The position numbers and the translations under genes are program-made. Source: a virus (lineage: Duplodnaviria > Caudoviricetes). From it: DNA of 53,299 bases. Positions 1 to 8,245 of this stretch are shown here, one piece after another. Under the pieces are notes generated by a model that ran no database searches, was not told where the DNA came from, and was given only the letters and a program-made list of their open reading frames with translations. Each line of letters starts with the position of its first letter. Positions within the stretch are counted from its first letter, which is position 1. The stretch spans positions 1 to 53,299 of the IMG/VR virus record IMGVR_UViG_3300033145_000217. One strand, 5' to 3'.

Positions 1-2
1 AT

Positions 3-917
3 GCTACTCTTTTAGGTGGTACGGCAGGTGACTATGTCATCCTTCATTCAGTAGGAGGTAACGGTGGTAACGCTATGCACCAACAATTATTTAGTGTCAG
101 AGATGCTACTGGAGTAAATTGGTATACACAACGCTTAAGGGATGGTATTAGAGTTGATAGTGAATTTGCAACACCTACAACAGCCAAGACTTGGTGGGAG
201 CGTGACCCTCAAGATAATGTTCAAAGTTGGGGAAATGCTGCGAGTACTTATATGACTATAAATGGCGGTAATGTTGGTATTGGAACAACTAGTCCAGATG
301 GAAAACTGCACATTGTACCTAATGCAGACCCAGCCTTAGTTCTTGGTAGAGCATATTCCAACCCTACTATTGTAGCATCTGGTGGTGGAGATTCAGCATA
401 TTTAATAATGGATAGTGATGGGGCATATGTAAGTATTAATCATTATGCAACTGATGATGTTGTGTTGGTTAATGGTGGAGGTAAGGTGGGTATCAATGAG
501 CGTAATCCAAGTTACAAGCTCGATGTTAATGGTACTGGAAGATTCACGGGTAATCTATATTCCAGCGCTGAGATTACATCATACGCTTCAGACCGCAGAC
601 TCAAGACAAATATACAGGTTATTAAAGACCCGATTGGCATACTCTACAAAACCGAAGGCGTTACGTTCGACTGGAGAGATGATGTAGAATCATATGGGTT
701 TAAACCAAGTAGAAAATCAGAGACAGGCTTTATTGCACAGAGCTTACAGAAAGCTATGGTCGAGGCGGTTGCGCCCGCGCCATTTGATCATGACGAATAT
801 GGTAATTCTAAGTCTGGAAAGAATTTCCTTACTACTAAACCAGAGAAGCTTATCCCCGTCTTAGTGGAAGCAATAAAAGTTCTGAATGAAAGAATAGTTC
901 AACTTGAAAATAGATAA
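3..917 (+). CDS. Tail fibre/tailspike, 3' part (5' truncated by the window edge), with C-terminal intramolecular chaperone auto-processing (peptidase S74) domain
   Basis: Frame is open from position 3 to the ATG at 75. GNVGIGTTSP / GKVGINERNP-YKLDVNG fibre repeats; autocleavage motif ASDRRLKTNI, GFIAQ, and terminal coiled coil LVEAIKVLNERIVQLE. Confidence 0.85.
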   Translation, partial: ATLLGGTAGDYVILHSVGGNGGNAMHQQLFSVRDATGVNWYTQRLRDGIRVDSEFATPTTAKTWWERDPQDNVQSWGNAASTYMTINGGNVGIGTTSPDGKLHIVPNADPALVLGRAYSNPTIVASGGGDSAYLIMDSDGAYVSINHYATDDVVLVNGGGKVGINERNPSYKLDVNGTGRFTGNLYSSAEITSYASDRRLKTNIQVIKDPIGILYKTEGVTFDWRDDVESYGFKPSRKSETGFIAQSLQKAMVEAVAPAPFDHDEYGNSKSGKNFLTTKPEKLIPVLVEAIKVLNERIVQLENR

Positions 918-920
918 GAT

Positions 921-1970
921 ATGGCATTGGCATCAACAAACATAACGCCAATAAAAGCTAACGTAGAACTTGGCTCACCATTTTACATTACAAGCAATTT
1001 AAGCGTGAAAGATGTGTGTGAAGTGACTGGTCAGAATAGATTCTCATTCTACGGCCCTTGGCATTTGAAGACAGATACTAATAAGGTCTGTCAAGTAGAT
1101 TATGGGACAAGCAATTATAGATTAGGTGACTTCAGGTTATATAATCATAGCACAACCTCAACTGGGATACCGAAGGGTGCAGATGATTTTGAACAGAAAT
1201 ACACAAGTTCTACCGCTACTGTAGTTCTTGTTTCTTATGTTTATAATATGAACGTTCTTGACGCATTAAGTAATGCATACTCAACGTCAGCTTTAAGAAT
1301 TTGCTCTAAATTCTACACAACAAGTGCCGCTAGAACAGCCGGAACCAGTCCCGCGAAGACTGATATACAGACCCTTGGTTGGGGTACAAGCTCTCTAGCT
1401 GGTCATATAAGAACAGCTACAAGTAAGGCTTCTAGCCAACAGCTCAAGACAATTACGGGTGTTCCGATTACAGCTCCTTATGTAGATACATATATATCTG
1501 ATATCTCTGGAACTAGACTTCTTACTCTTGGCACCGCAATATCTGGTGGATATACAAAATTGTCATTTTGGGAAGATGTACCTCCTTATTTCCAAGGAAG
1601 CCCAGTAAACATCACCCCAGCGCCAGTAACGGGAATGCACACGGCTATTAGCGCGTCTAGCACAAAATGTAATGACGATAGTTCAGTTTCGGTTACGGCT
1701 GGTACCTCTTGGTCTATGACCGTAAGGCTTAAAGGGCAATACTATACTTCTCAATATCTTGTATCAGCCACAAATGCTACAGTCACCTTTAAACTATATA
1801 ACCGATCAAATGCATTGATTGAAACTGATACACAAACCGGAAAGACTTTCAATAATGAATCATCAACAGCATTTAGTGGAACTTTCTCAAATTCGATGGG
1901 TAACGGTTATCATGTTACCGTTGGTGTTAGTTCTGCAACTTTAGGAACGAGGGGTACTGCTTGCCCATAA
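921..1970 (+). CDS. Ser/Thr-rich beta-type virion/tail-fibre-associated protein
   Basis: Directly follows the fibre gene. S/T/G-rich composition. The YRLGDFRLYNH motif resembles one I recall from Bacteroidota phage tail-associated proteins. Confidence 0.5.
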   Translation: MALASTNITPIKANVELGSPFYITSNLSVKDVCEVTGQNRFSFYGPWHLKTDTNKVCQVDYGTSNYRLGDFRLYNHSTTSTGIPKGADDFEQKYTSSTATVVLVSYVYNMNVLDALSNAYSTSALRICSKFYTTSAARTAGTSPAKTDIQTLGWGTSSLAGHIRTATSKASSQQLKTITGVPITAPYVDTYISDISGTRLLTLGTAISGGYTKLSFWEDVPPYFQGSPVNITPAPVTGMHTAISASSTKCNDDSSVSVTAGTSWSMTVRLKGQYYTSQYLVSATNATVTFKLYNRSNALIETDTQTGKTFNNESSTAFSGTFSNSMGNGYHVTVGVSSATLGTRGTACP

Positions 1971-1985
1971 AAACGTTGATTTATA

Positions 1986-2017
1986 TTTGGTATTGTCAGA
2001 AATTTTACTTATCTTTG
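1986..2017 (+). promoter_or_regulatory. Bacteroidota primary-sigma promoter (-33 TTTG / -7 TATCTTTG)
   Basis: TTTG 1986-1989, 20-bp spacer, TATCTTTG 2010-2017; intergenic, upstream of the kinase-GroEL operon. Confidence 0.8.
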
Positions 2018-2043
2018 AAATATTATAAATTAAATTTAATTAT

Positions 2044-2637
2044 ATGAAGAAGAGAAACGTTATCTTCCTTTCTGGATTTAAGAATACGGGGAAAGACACT
2101 GTATCTGAAATGATTAATGAAATGTCATATGATAAATATGATATAATCAGTTTTGCGGATGCAGTAAAAAAAGAGTATTATGATTCCATTGGTATCAAAT
2201 ATGATAAAGGCAATGAGGATCGAACTTTCAAAGAATTACACCGAACTGGAATCATCAGTTACGGTGAATCACAAAAACATCTTTATGGGGCAAATTATTG
2301 GATTGAGAAAGCCCTCGATGATCTTCTTTTTGATAAGGAAAGTGAACGTGGTATTATAGTGCCTGATTGCAGGAGGACTGAGGAAATGTTTTGGTATTTA
2401 GACTTTTTGAATAGTAGTATGCCTAAATATCAATTCATTAGAGATAACTTTATACCGCATTTTTTTATGGTTCATAGGGAGGATGCTGATCTTGAAGATA
2501 AAGATTTTCTTACTCATATTGCTATACGTGTGGCTACTGAGCTTATGTATCTCCCTAACAGGTATATTCCGAATCATGCAACGCTTGATAAATTAAAGGT
2601 TCAAGTAGAAGAAATATATGCCTGTCGCCTAAAATAG
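2044..2637 (+). CDS. P-loop nucleotide kinase (dNMP kinase / phosphomevalonate-kinase-like)
   Basis: N-terminal Walker A SGFKNTGKDT, SFADAVK and IIVPDCRR, as in phage dNMP kinases. Confidence 0.7.
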   Translation: MKKRNVIFLSGFKNTGKDTVSEMINEMSYDKYDIISFADAVKKEYYDSIGIKYDKGNEDRTFKELHRTGIISYGESQKHLYGANYWIEKALDDLLFDKESERGIIVPDCRRTEEMFWYLDFLNSSMPKYQFIRDNFIPHFFMVHREDADLEDKDFLTHIAIRVATELMYLPNRYIPNHATLDKLKVQVEEIYACRLK

Positions 2638-2638
2638 A

Positions 2639-3079
2639 ATGAGAGAGATATATGTCGAGAAGCAGTTTCAGAAATTTCGGAAGCTTGTTGTGGCAACAAA
2701 GTTTTCCCAAGTTTACAATGGAATAGCGGATGTGGTACTCGGAATGTCCTCTTCTATATCTCTTAGGCTATTGTTTTGGATAATGGAAAAGATGGATGAT
2801 AATAATTTTGTTGTCTTTAGAAAAGCCGAGAAACTTGAATTTATATATGAATGTTATAAAGCTGGATCAGAAAAGAAATCAATAAGTTCAATAAATAGAT
2901 CAGTAAAAGAACTTGTAGATAAAGGTCTTATGGTTTCAATAAATAATGAAGGGGAAAGGCTGGGTAAATTCTTTGTTAATCCCGGTTATTTTTGGAAGAG
3001 TAAGAATCAGCATGAGAGATCAAAAAGAATTAAAGAGTATTATGAATATTTAAAATTTAAAACAAATGAAGCAAATTGA
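2639..3079 (+). CDS. RepL-like winged-helix DNA-binding protein
   Basis: SISSINRSVKELVDKGLM helix followed by FFVNPGYFW, a RepL-family signature. Confidence 0.6.
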   Translation: MREIYVEKQFQKFRKLVVATKFSQVYNGIADVVLGMSSSISLRLLFWIMEKMDDNNFVVFRKAEKLEFIYECYKAGSEKKSISSINRSVKELVDKGLMVSINNEGERLGKFFVNPGYFWKSKNQHERSKRIKEYYEYLKFKTNEAN

Positions 3080-4622
3080 TTTTAACACAAAGGATAGTAT
3101 TATTAAGTCAGTAAAAAAGCTTGCGTTAGCGGTAGGTTCTACGCTAGGAGCGGGAGGTCGGAATGTTTTAATCCAAGTTGGAGCACAATATGCGATTACT
3201 AAGGACGGTGTAACTGTGGCTAAACAAATTGAATTTGAAGATGAAACTGAGAATGCTGTAGCCCAAATTGTAAAGGAAGCTGCGTCAAGGACAGCGAGAG
3301 ACGCCGGAGACGGAACAACCACTTCGACCGTATTGGTATATGAAATTGTAAAAAGGATTCTTGAAAATGGAGCATTTGATAAATCCAATGTAACAAAAGT
3401 TCGGGCGGGTATCGAAGAAGCTGCTAAAGACTTGGTTGAAATAATCGAGAAAAGCAAAAAAGAAGTAGAGACTGATGATGAGTTAAAGGCTATTGCAACA
3501 ATCTCAGGTAATAATGACGAGCATATTGGCGATATGATGCTTCAGGTATTTAACTCTGTAGGCAAAGAAGGCGCTATTAGGCTTGAAGAAACGTCAATGA
3601 ATGATACAATTATTGATGTGACTAAAGGATGTCAAATAGAATCTGGATATATAAATAAAAATTTCGCTAATAATACCGTAAAACAGATTACTGATTTCAA
3701 GAACCCTGCAATTTTTATTACAGATAAGAAATTTGAAACATCAATAAAAGAACTTGTACCGCCTATTGAAGTGATGATGAAAATGAAACGTCCAATGGTT
3801 ATCATCTGCGGCGGAATGGAGGGCGAACCTCTAGGTACGCTAATGATCAATAAGATGCGAGAAGGGCTTGAAATCGTAGTTATCGAAGCTCCTCACTTTG
3901 GAACGGATCGAATGGATATTCTTGACGACGTTGCAGCCGTAACCGGCGGTACTGTTATGTCAGAAGCGCGAGGATTTGATATTGCTAAGATTAAGGAAAG
4001 TGACTTAGGTACAGCAGATCGCATTATTGTTGATGCAAATGTCACTACAATGCTCGGAAGGGCTGGAACAGATGAGGCCATTGAAGAAAGAGTGGAGTCA
4101 ATTAAAGAGCAGCAAAATGAGGATCGCGAAGGCAATATGGCTTGGAGGTATGAGCAGAGGATGGCTTCACTTACGTCGGGCGTTGGAGTTATTTATGTTG
4201 GGGGTAATTCAGAAATAGAGATGAAGGATATGTATTTCAGACTTGAGGATTCACTATCAGCTACTAAAGCGGCCCTTAATCACGGTTATGTTATAGGCGG
4301 TGGGATGGCTTATTATAAGGCCGCTCAGGAGCTTGAAAAGAGGCGATTTAAGGATCAATCAAGGCGACTTGGCTATATGGCTATGGTTCATGCCGCAAAG
4401 ATGCCTACAGAGTGGATTATGCGTAATGCAGGACATCAAGGAGATATACCTATAGAGCTTGGTTTGCTTGGCTATAATGCTGTGACTTGTAAACTTTCCG
4501 ATATTGAAAAAGATGGAATTATTGATCCGTTCAAAGTTGTTGAATCGTGTATCGGTAATGCTGCATCGGTAGCTGGAATGTTAATAACCACTAATGTCAT
4601 CATTACGGATAAAAAGAAATAA
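3066..4622 (+). CDS. groEL: Phage chaperonin GroEL (Cpn60)
   Basis: TLGAGGRNV, ITKDGVTVAK, AGDGTTT ATP motif, IATISGN, APHFG, RLEDSLSATKAA (catalytic Asp) and GIIDP. No GGM tail. Confidence 0.97.
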   Translation: MKQIDFNTKDSIIKSVKKLALAVGSTLGAGGRNVLIQVGAQYAITKDGVTVAKQIEFEDETENAVAQIVKEAASRTARDAGDGTTTSTVLVYEIVKRILENGAFDKSNVTKVRAGIEEAAKDLVEIIEKSKKEVETDDELKAIATISGNNDEHIGDMMLQVFNSVGKEGAIRLEETSMNDTIIDVTKGCQIESGYINKNFANNTVKQITDFKNPAIFITDKKFETSIKELVPPIEVMMKMKRPMVIICGGMEGEPLGTLMINKMREGLEIVVIEAPHFGTDRMDILDDVAAVTGGTVMSEARGFDIAKIKESDLGTADRIIVDANVTTMLGRAGTDEAIEERVESIKEQQNEDREGNMAWRYEQRMASLTSGVGVIYVGGNSEIEMKDMYFRLEDSLSATKAALNHGYVIGGGMAYYKAAQELEKRRFKDQSRRLGYMAMVHAAKMPTEWIMRNAGHQGDIPIELGLLGYNAVTCKLSDIEKDGIIDPFKVVESCIGNAASVAGMLITTNVIITDKKK

Positions 4623-4644
4623 AAAAAATTAAATTTATAAAGAT

Positions 4645-4917
4645 ATGTTTGTAGCAAATGGGTTAATTAGAAAAATTTCGATAAATGATCCAAAAACTGG
4701 ATTGACTTATCTGGTTGGACAAAAAATGATGTCTGGAACGTTAACAATTACAGAAATACGACTTGATGTAGATGGAAGTATTGAGCGCGGATATGCGAAG
4801 TATGATATTCTTGTTCGAAAGAATGATTCAAATCATTCAAGGATTTGGAAATCTATAGAGAACATGCCAGTAGCGATTGAATATGAAATTGATGAAGTGA
4901 GATATGTGGAAAACTAG
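4645..4917 (+). CDS. Hypothetical 90-aa beta-rich protein between GroEL and GroES
   Basis: A-rich start context; overlaps the next gene; no recognisable catalytic motif. Confidence 0.7.
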   Translation: MFVANGLIRKISINDPKTGLTYLVGQKMMSGTLTITEIRLDVDGSIERGYAKYDILVRKNDSNHSRIWKSIENMPVAIEYEIDEVRYVEN

Positions 4918-5497
4918 CAATGATAGAGTTATCGTAGAACTCAAGGGGCTGTATGACAACGAGATAAAGGTTGGCGATTTTACAATGAAAGTAGATACTA
5001 TATTCCGTAAGCTACATAACGCCGTACAGGAAGCTACAGTAGTTGCTTGCCCAGATAATAAGGAGATAGAAGTGGGGGATACGGTATTTGTTCATCACTT
5101 TGTAGTAGAAAATGAAAGAATAGTGCCAGTAAAAGATAAGCATTATCGCTGGCTTGAATATAATCAAATATACGCAAGGATGAGAGATGGTATATTAAAG
5201 GCTTTAGGATATTTTGTATTAGTAGAGCCAGTTAAATTCGATGAAGCTAAATTTAAGAATAAAACTGATTCCGGGTTAGTGTTAAGCCGTAAAACGGGAA
5301 CGGAATATGTTGACAGGGTTGGATTTGTGGCTCACGTTGGAGATGAGGCTTTTGAAGCGGGGGTGTCTGTTGGAGACAAAATATTCTTTAATAAGAACTG
5401 TGAATACGAGATTAATATCAATGGTAAGATGTATTACAGAATGGAGAAGCGTGATGTTATTGCGGTAATTGATCCAAATGTTGAATTTACAGTATAA
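4904..5497 (+). CDS. groES: Co-chaperonin with two tandem GroES (Cpn10) domains
   Basis: Domain 1: NDRVIV...ATVVACP...IEVGDTVF. Domain 2: KALGYFVLVEP...KTDSGLVL (mobile loop)...GFVAHVG...VSVGDKIFF...INGKMYYRMEKRDVIAVI. Adjacent to groEL. Confidence 0.85.
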   Translation: MWKTSNDRVIVELKGLYDNEIKVGDFTMKVDTIFRKLHNAVQEATVVACPDNKEIEVGDTVFVHHFVVENERIVPVKDKHYRWLEYNQIYARMRDGILKALGYFVLVEPVKFDEAKFKNKTDSGLVLSRKTGTEYVDRVGFVAHVGDEAFEAGVSVGDKIFFNKNCEYEININGKMYYRMEKRDVIAVIDPNVEFTV

Positions 5498-6054
5498 TGA
5501 AAGAAGAACTAAAGGAATATCTATTAATTAAATATGGAGAAGTGGAGCTTTCGGAGGAAGGCTTCACTATTTCTATTGATAAATTAATAGATTATATTAT
5601 AGAAGTTTACGTTGAAAGGGGAACGGATGCTATATTATTAAACAAAAGGAAAGAGGCTGTTATAATTGAGCTTGGCATTAAGTATGATTCAGATAAAGAT
5701 ATTCTTATGTTAAATAAGAGTAAGACCGTGAGTCGTATAATAACAGATGTCTTACATATAACAGCTAATAGAGAATTTGAATTATACATTAGCGCATTAG
5801 AGGCCACTACGATATTACTTGATATCGTTAGACGACCTATAGACGATACACTTGATGATGACAAGTGGCTTACCGCGTTAAAAGCTAAGAAGCAAGGATT
5901 TAACGATGCGAGAGAATTATTAGATAGCGCAAAGGAAATAGCCGAGCAGATGTTAGGGGCGAGAGAGGCAGACCTTGAAGAACATGTTGAAGAGGCTATA
6001 TTCAAAGAGGGTATGTCGGAGAAGTTGGCTAAGAAAATTTCTATAAAAAAATAA
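5497..6054 (+). CDS. Helical protein, probable terminase small subunit
   Basis: Lies immediately upstream of TerL; acidic, all-helical composition. Function inferred from position. Confidence 0.4.
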   Translation: MKEELKEYLLIKYGEVELSEEGFTISIDKLIDYIIEVYVERGTDAILLNKRKEAVIIELGIKYDSDKDILMLNKSKTVSRIITDVLHITANREFELYISALEATTILLDIVRRPIDDTLDDDKWLTALKAKKQGFNDARELLDSAKEIAEQMLGAREADLEEHVEEAIFKEGMSEKLAKKISIKK

Positions 6055-6097
6055 TTAACGGTATACTTATTGATGAAATAAATTATTTAGACAAATA

Positions 6098-6129
6098 ATT
6101 GTTATATTGGATTATTTTTTGTATCTTTG
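6098..6129 (+). promoter_or_regulatory. Bacteroidota-type promoter for terL-portal
   Basis: ATTG 6098-6101, 20-bp spacer, TATCTTTG 6122-6129. Confidence 0.7.
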
Positions 6130-6151
6130 TATATTATACTAATATAATTAT

Positions 6152-8245
6152 ATGCAAGGCGATAATGTACATTGTGTAAAATTAGCCAGCACAACTGGAC
6201 AGATATATAGGGTAGGTGAAATTGATGTTATAATACCTAAGAAGCCAACTGCTAGAAAAATCATCAATAATCAGAAGGTTAAGAAGCATCAGAAATGGAG
6301 CCGTGATCTTTTTATGGGTGATTTCGATATTAATAAATCGGAGGAGAATTACACAGATAAGGATATAAAGTTTATTGAAGAAGACTTCGATAGAAGAATG
6401 AACGGAGTCTGGATAATGATAAACGGAGTAGCAACATGGATTACGGGGCCACATTATTATTATTTAGCTCATTGTAAGATTGACGTTGGATATCCTGATT
6501 ATAGGGATAGAGATAGGAGGTTCTTTTACCACTGGCAAGCGTGTGTGGTTGATGAGTTTTCATATGGTATGTTAATGGTTAAGCACCGTAGAGAGGGTGC
6601 AACATATAAGGGTGCGTCTTTGATTCTTGAGGTTATGACAAGATCATTTAGCTCTACCGGAGGAATAATGAGTAAGACCGGAGCTGACGCAAAAGAGTTC
6701 TTTCACAAGACTGTAAAAATGTTTAGGGGTTTACCTAAATTTTATCAACCAATTATTGCGGGTACAGATAATCCTAAGTCAATGATTGAGTTTGACAAGC
6801 CGGGCGAGCGTATTACTAAGAGGTCACAGAAGGTTAAAATATCAGAAGCTCTGGAAAGTAAGATAGAATGGAAAAATACTGCTGAGAACTCATTTGACTC
6901 ATATAAATTAAAGATAGTAGTACCGGATGAGGGTGGTAAGTGGGATGAGGTAGATGTAAGGCAAAACTGGAGAGTAATGCGGCCAACGCTTACTCAGGGG
7001 CGTAAAATTACCGGAAAAGCTTTTTTCCCATCTACTGTTAATGAGATGAGTCGTAAGGGCGGATCGAACTTCAAGGATATGTTCGATAACAGTGACCCCA
7101 ACGATAGAAACCTCAATAATCAAACAAAAACAGGGTTATACAGATACTTTACCCCTGCTTACGATGGAATGGAAGGTTTTATTGATCAGTTTGGTAAATC
7201 AGTGATTGATACACCAGATAAGCCAGTGTTAGGCATGGATGGTACAATGATTGAAATTGGGGCGAAAGCGTTTCTAGAAAATGAAAGGTTAGCCTTAGTA
7301 AATGATCCTTCTGCACTTGCGGAGTTCAAAAGACAATTTCCGTTCAACATTGATGAAGCATTCATGGTTGAGGTAAAGGATTGTTCATTTAATGTTGAGT
7401 TTCTTTATAGTCAATATGATTGGAATGCAGAACATGCACATAAGATATTAACGCCCGGAGATTTTGTTTGGACTAATGGATTTGGAAGTGAAGTTAAATT
7501 TATCAGTACAAAGTCTGGTAAATGGTTGGTAGCATGGGTTCCCGCTGTTGAGGATCAAAATAAGAAATCATGGAAAAATGGGAGGATGGAACCCGGAAAC
7601 ATGGCTTCGATTAGATCAGGCGTTGACCCTTATGACCACGATAAAACAACAGATGGTAATAAGTCTAACGCTGCTTCATATGTATTTAGGATGTATAATC
7701 CAGTTTACGAAGAAGAATCTAATATGTTTGTTTGTCAGTATATTAACAGACCTCCTACATCATATATTATGTATGAGGATATGTTAAAGCAGAGTCTGTT
7801 TTACGGGTGTCAATTACTTGCTGAGAATAATAAAATTGGTATTATTAACTGGTTTATAGAGAAAGGGTACAAGTCGTATTTAATGAAGAGACCGGAGTTT
7901 ACCAATACGAAATCCAGCGTGAGGCAAAAAACTATGGGTATTCCTACGACTGGAGATAGCGTTAGAGATTCACTTATAGGAGTTATAGAGGAATATGTAT
8001 ATTTCTACGTGGGACACAACATAGAAAAAAACACAATGGGTCTATTGTATTTCAATAGATTAATAACAGACTTATTAAGATTCGAGGCTGATAACTGGAC
8101 AAAATACGATGCTACAGTAGCATGTGGACTCACGTTGTTGGCCGTAAAGAAACATATGAAAAAGCCAATAGATTTAAACAATAAATCCCGACTTGTGCGG
8201 GAATACAAAATAAACGGAACAAAATCAAGATTAATTAGAAGATGA
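6152..8245 (+). CDS. terL: Terminase large subunit
   Basis: Walker A-like KHRREGAT, Walker B VVPDEGGKW, FPST coupling motif, nuclease GVDPYD, LAENNK and YDATVACGL; upstream of portal. Confidence 0.92.
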   Translation: MQGDNVHCVKLASTTGQIYRVGEIDVIIPKKPTARKIINNQKVKKHQKWSRDLFMGDFDINKSEENYTDKDIKFIEEDFDRRMNGVWIMINGVATWITGPHYYYLAHCKIDVGYPDYRDRDRRFFYHWQACVVDEFSYGMLMVKHRREGATYKGASLILEVMTRSFSSTGGIMSKTGADAKEFFHKTVKMFRGLPKFYQPIIAGTDNPKSMIEFDKPGERITKRSQKVKISEALESKIEWKNTAENSFDSYKLKIVVPDEGGKWDEVDVRQNWRVMRPTLTQGRKITGKAFFPSTVNEMSRKGGSNFKDMFDNSDPNDRNLNNQTKTGLYRYFTPAYDGMEGFIDQFGKSVIDTPDKPVLGMDGTMIEIGAKAFLENERLALVNDPSALAEFKRQFPFNIDEAFMVEVKDCSFNVEFLYSQYDWNAEHAHKILTPGDFVWTNGFGSEVKFISTKSGKWLVAWVPAVEDQNKKSWKNGRMEPGNMASIRSGVDPYDHDKTTDGNKSNAASYVFRMYNPVYEEESNMFVCQYINRPPTSYIMYEDMLKQSLFYGCQLLAENNKIGIINWFIEKGYKSYLMKRPEFTNTKSSVRQKTMGIPTTGDSVRDSLIGVIEEYVYFYVGHNIEKNTMGLLYFNRLITDLLRFEADNWTKYDATVACGLTLLAVKKHMKKPIDLNNKSRLVREYKINGTKSRLIRR

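Noticed and set aside
1-1970. Diversity-generating retroelement acting on tail genes
   Set aside because: No reverse transcriptase and no adenine-mismatched template/variable repeat pair seen in the window.
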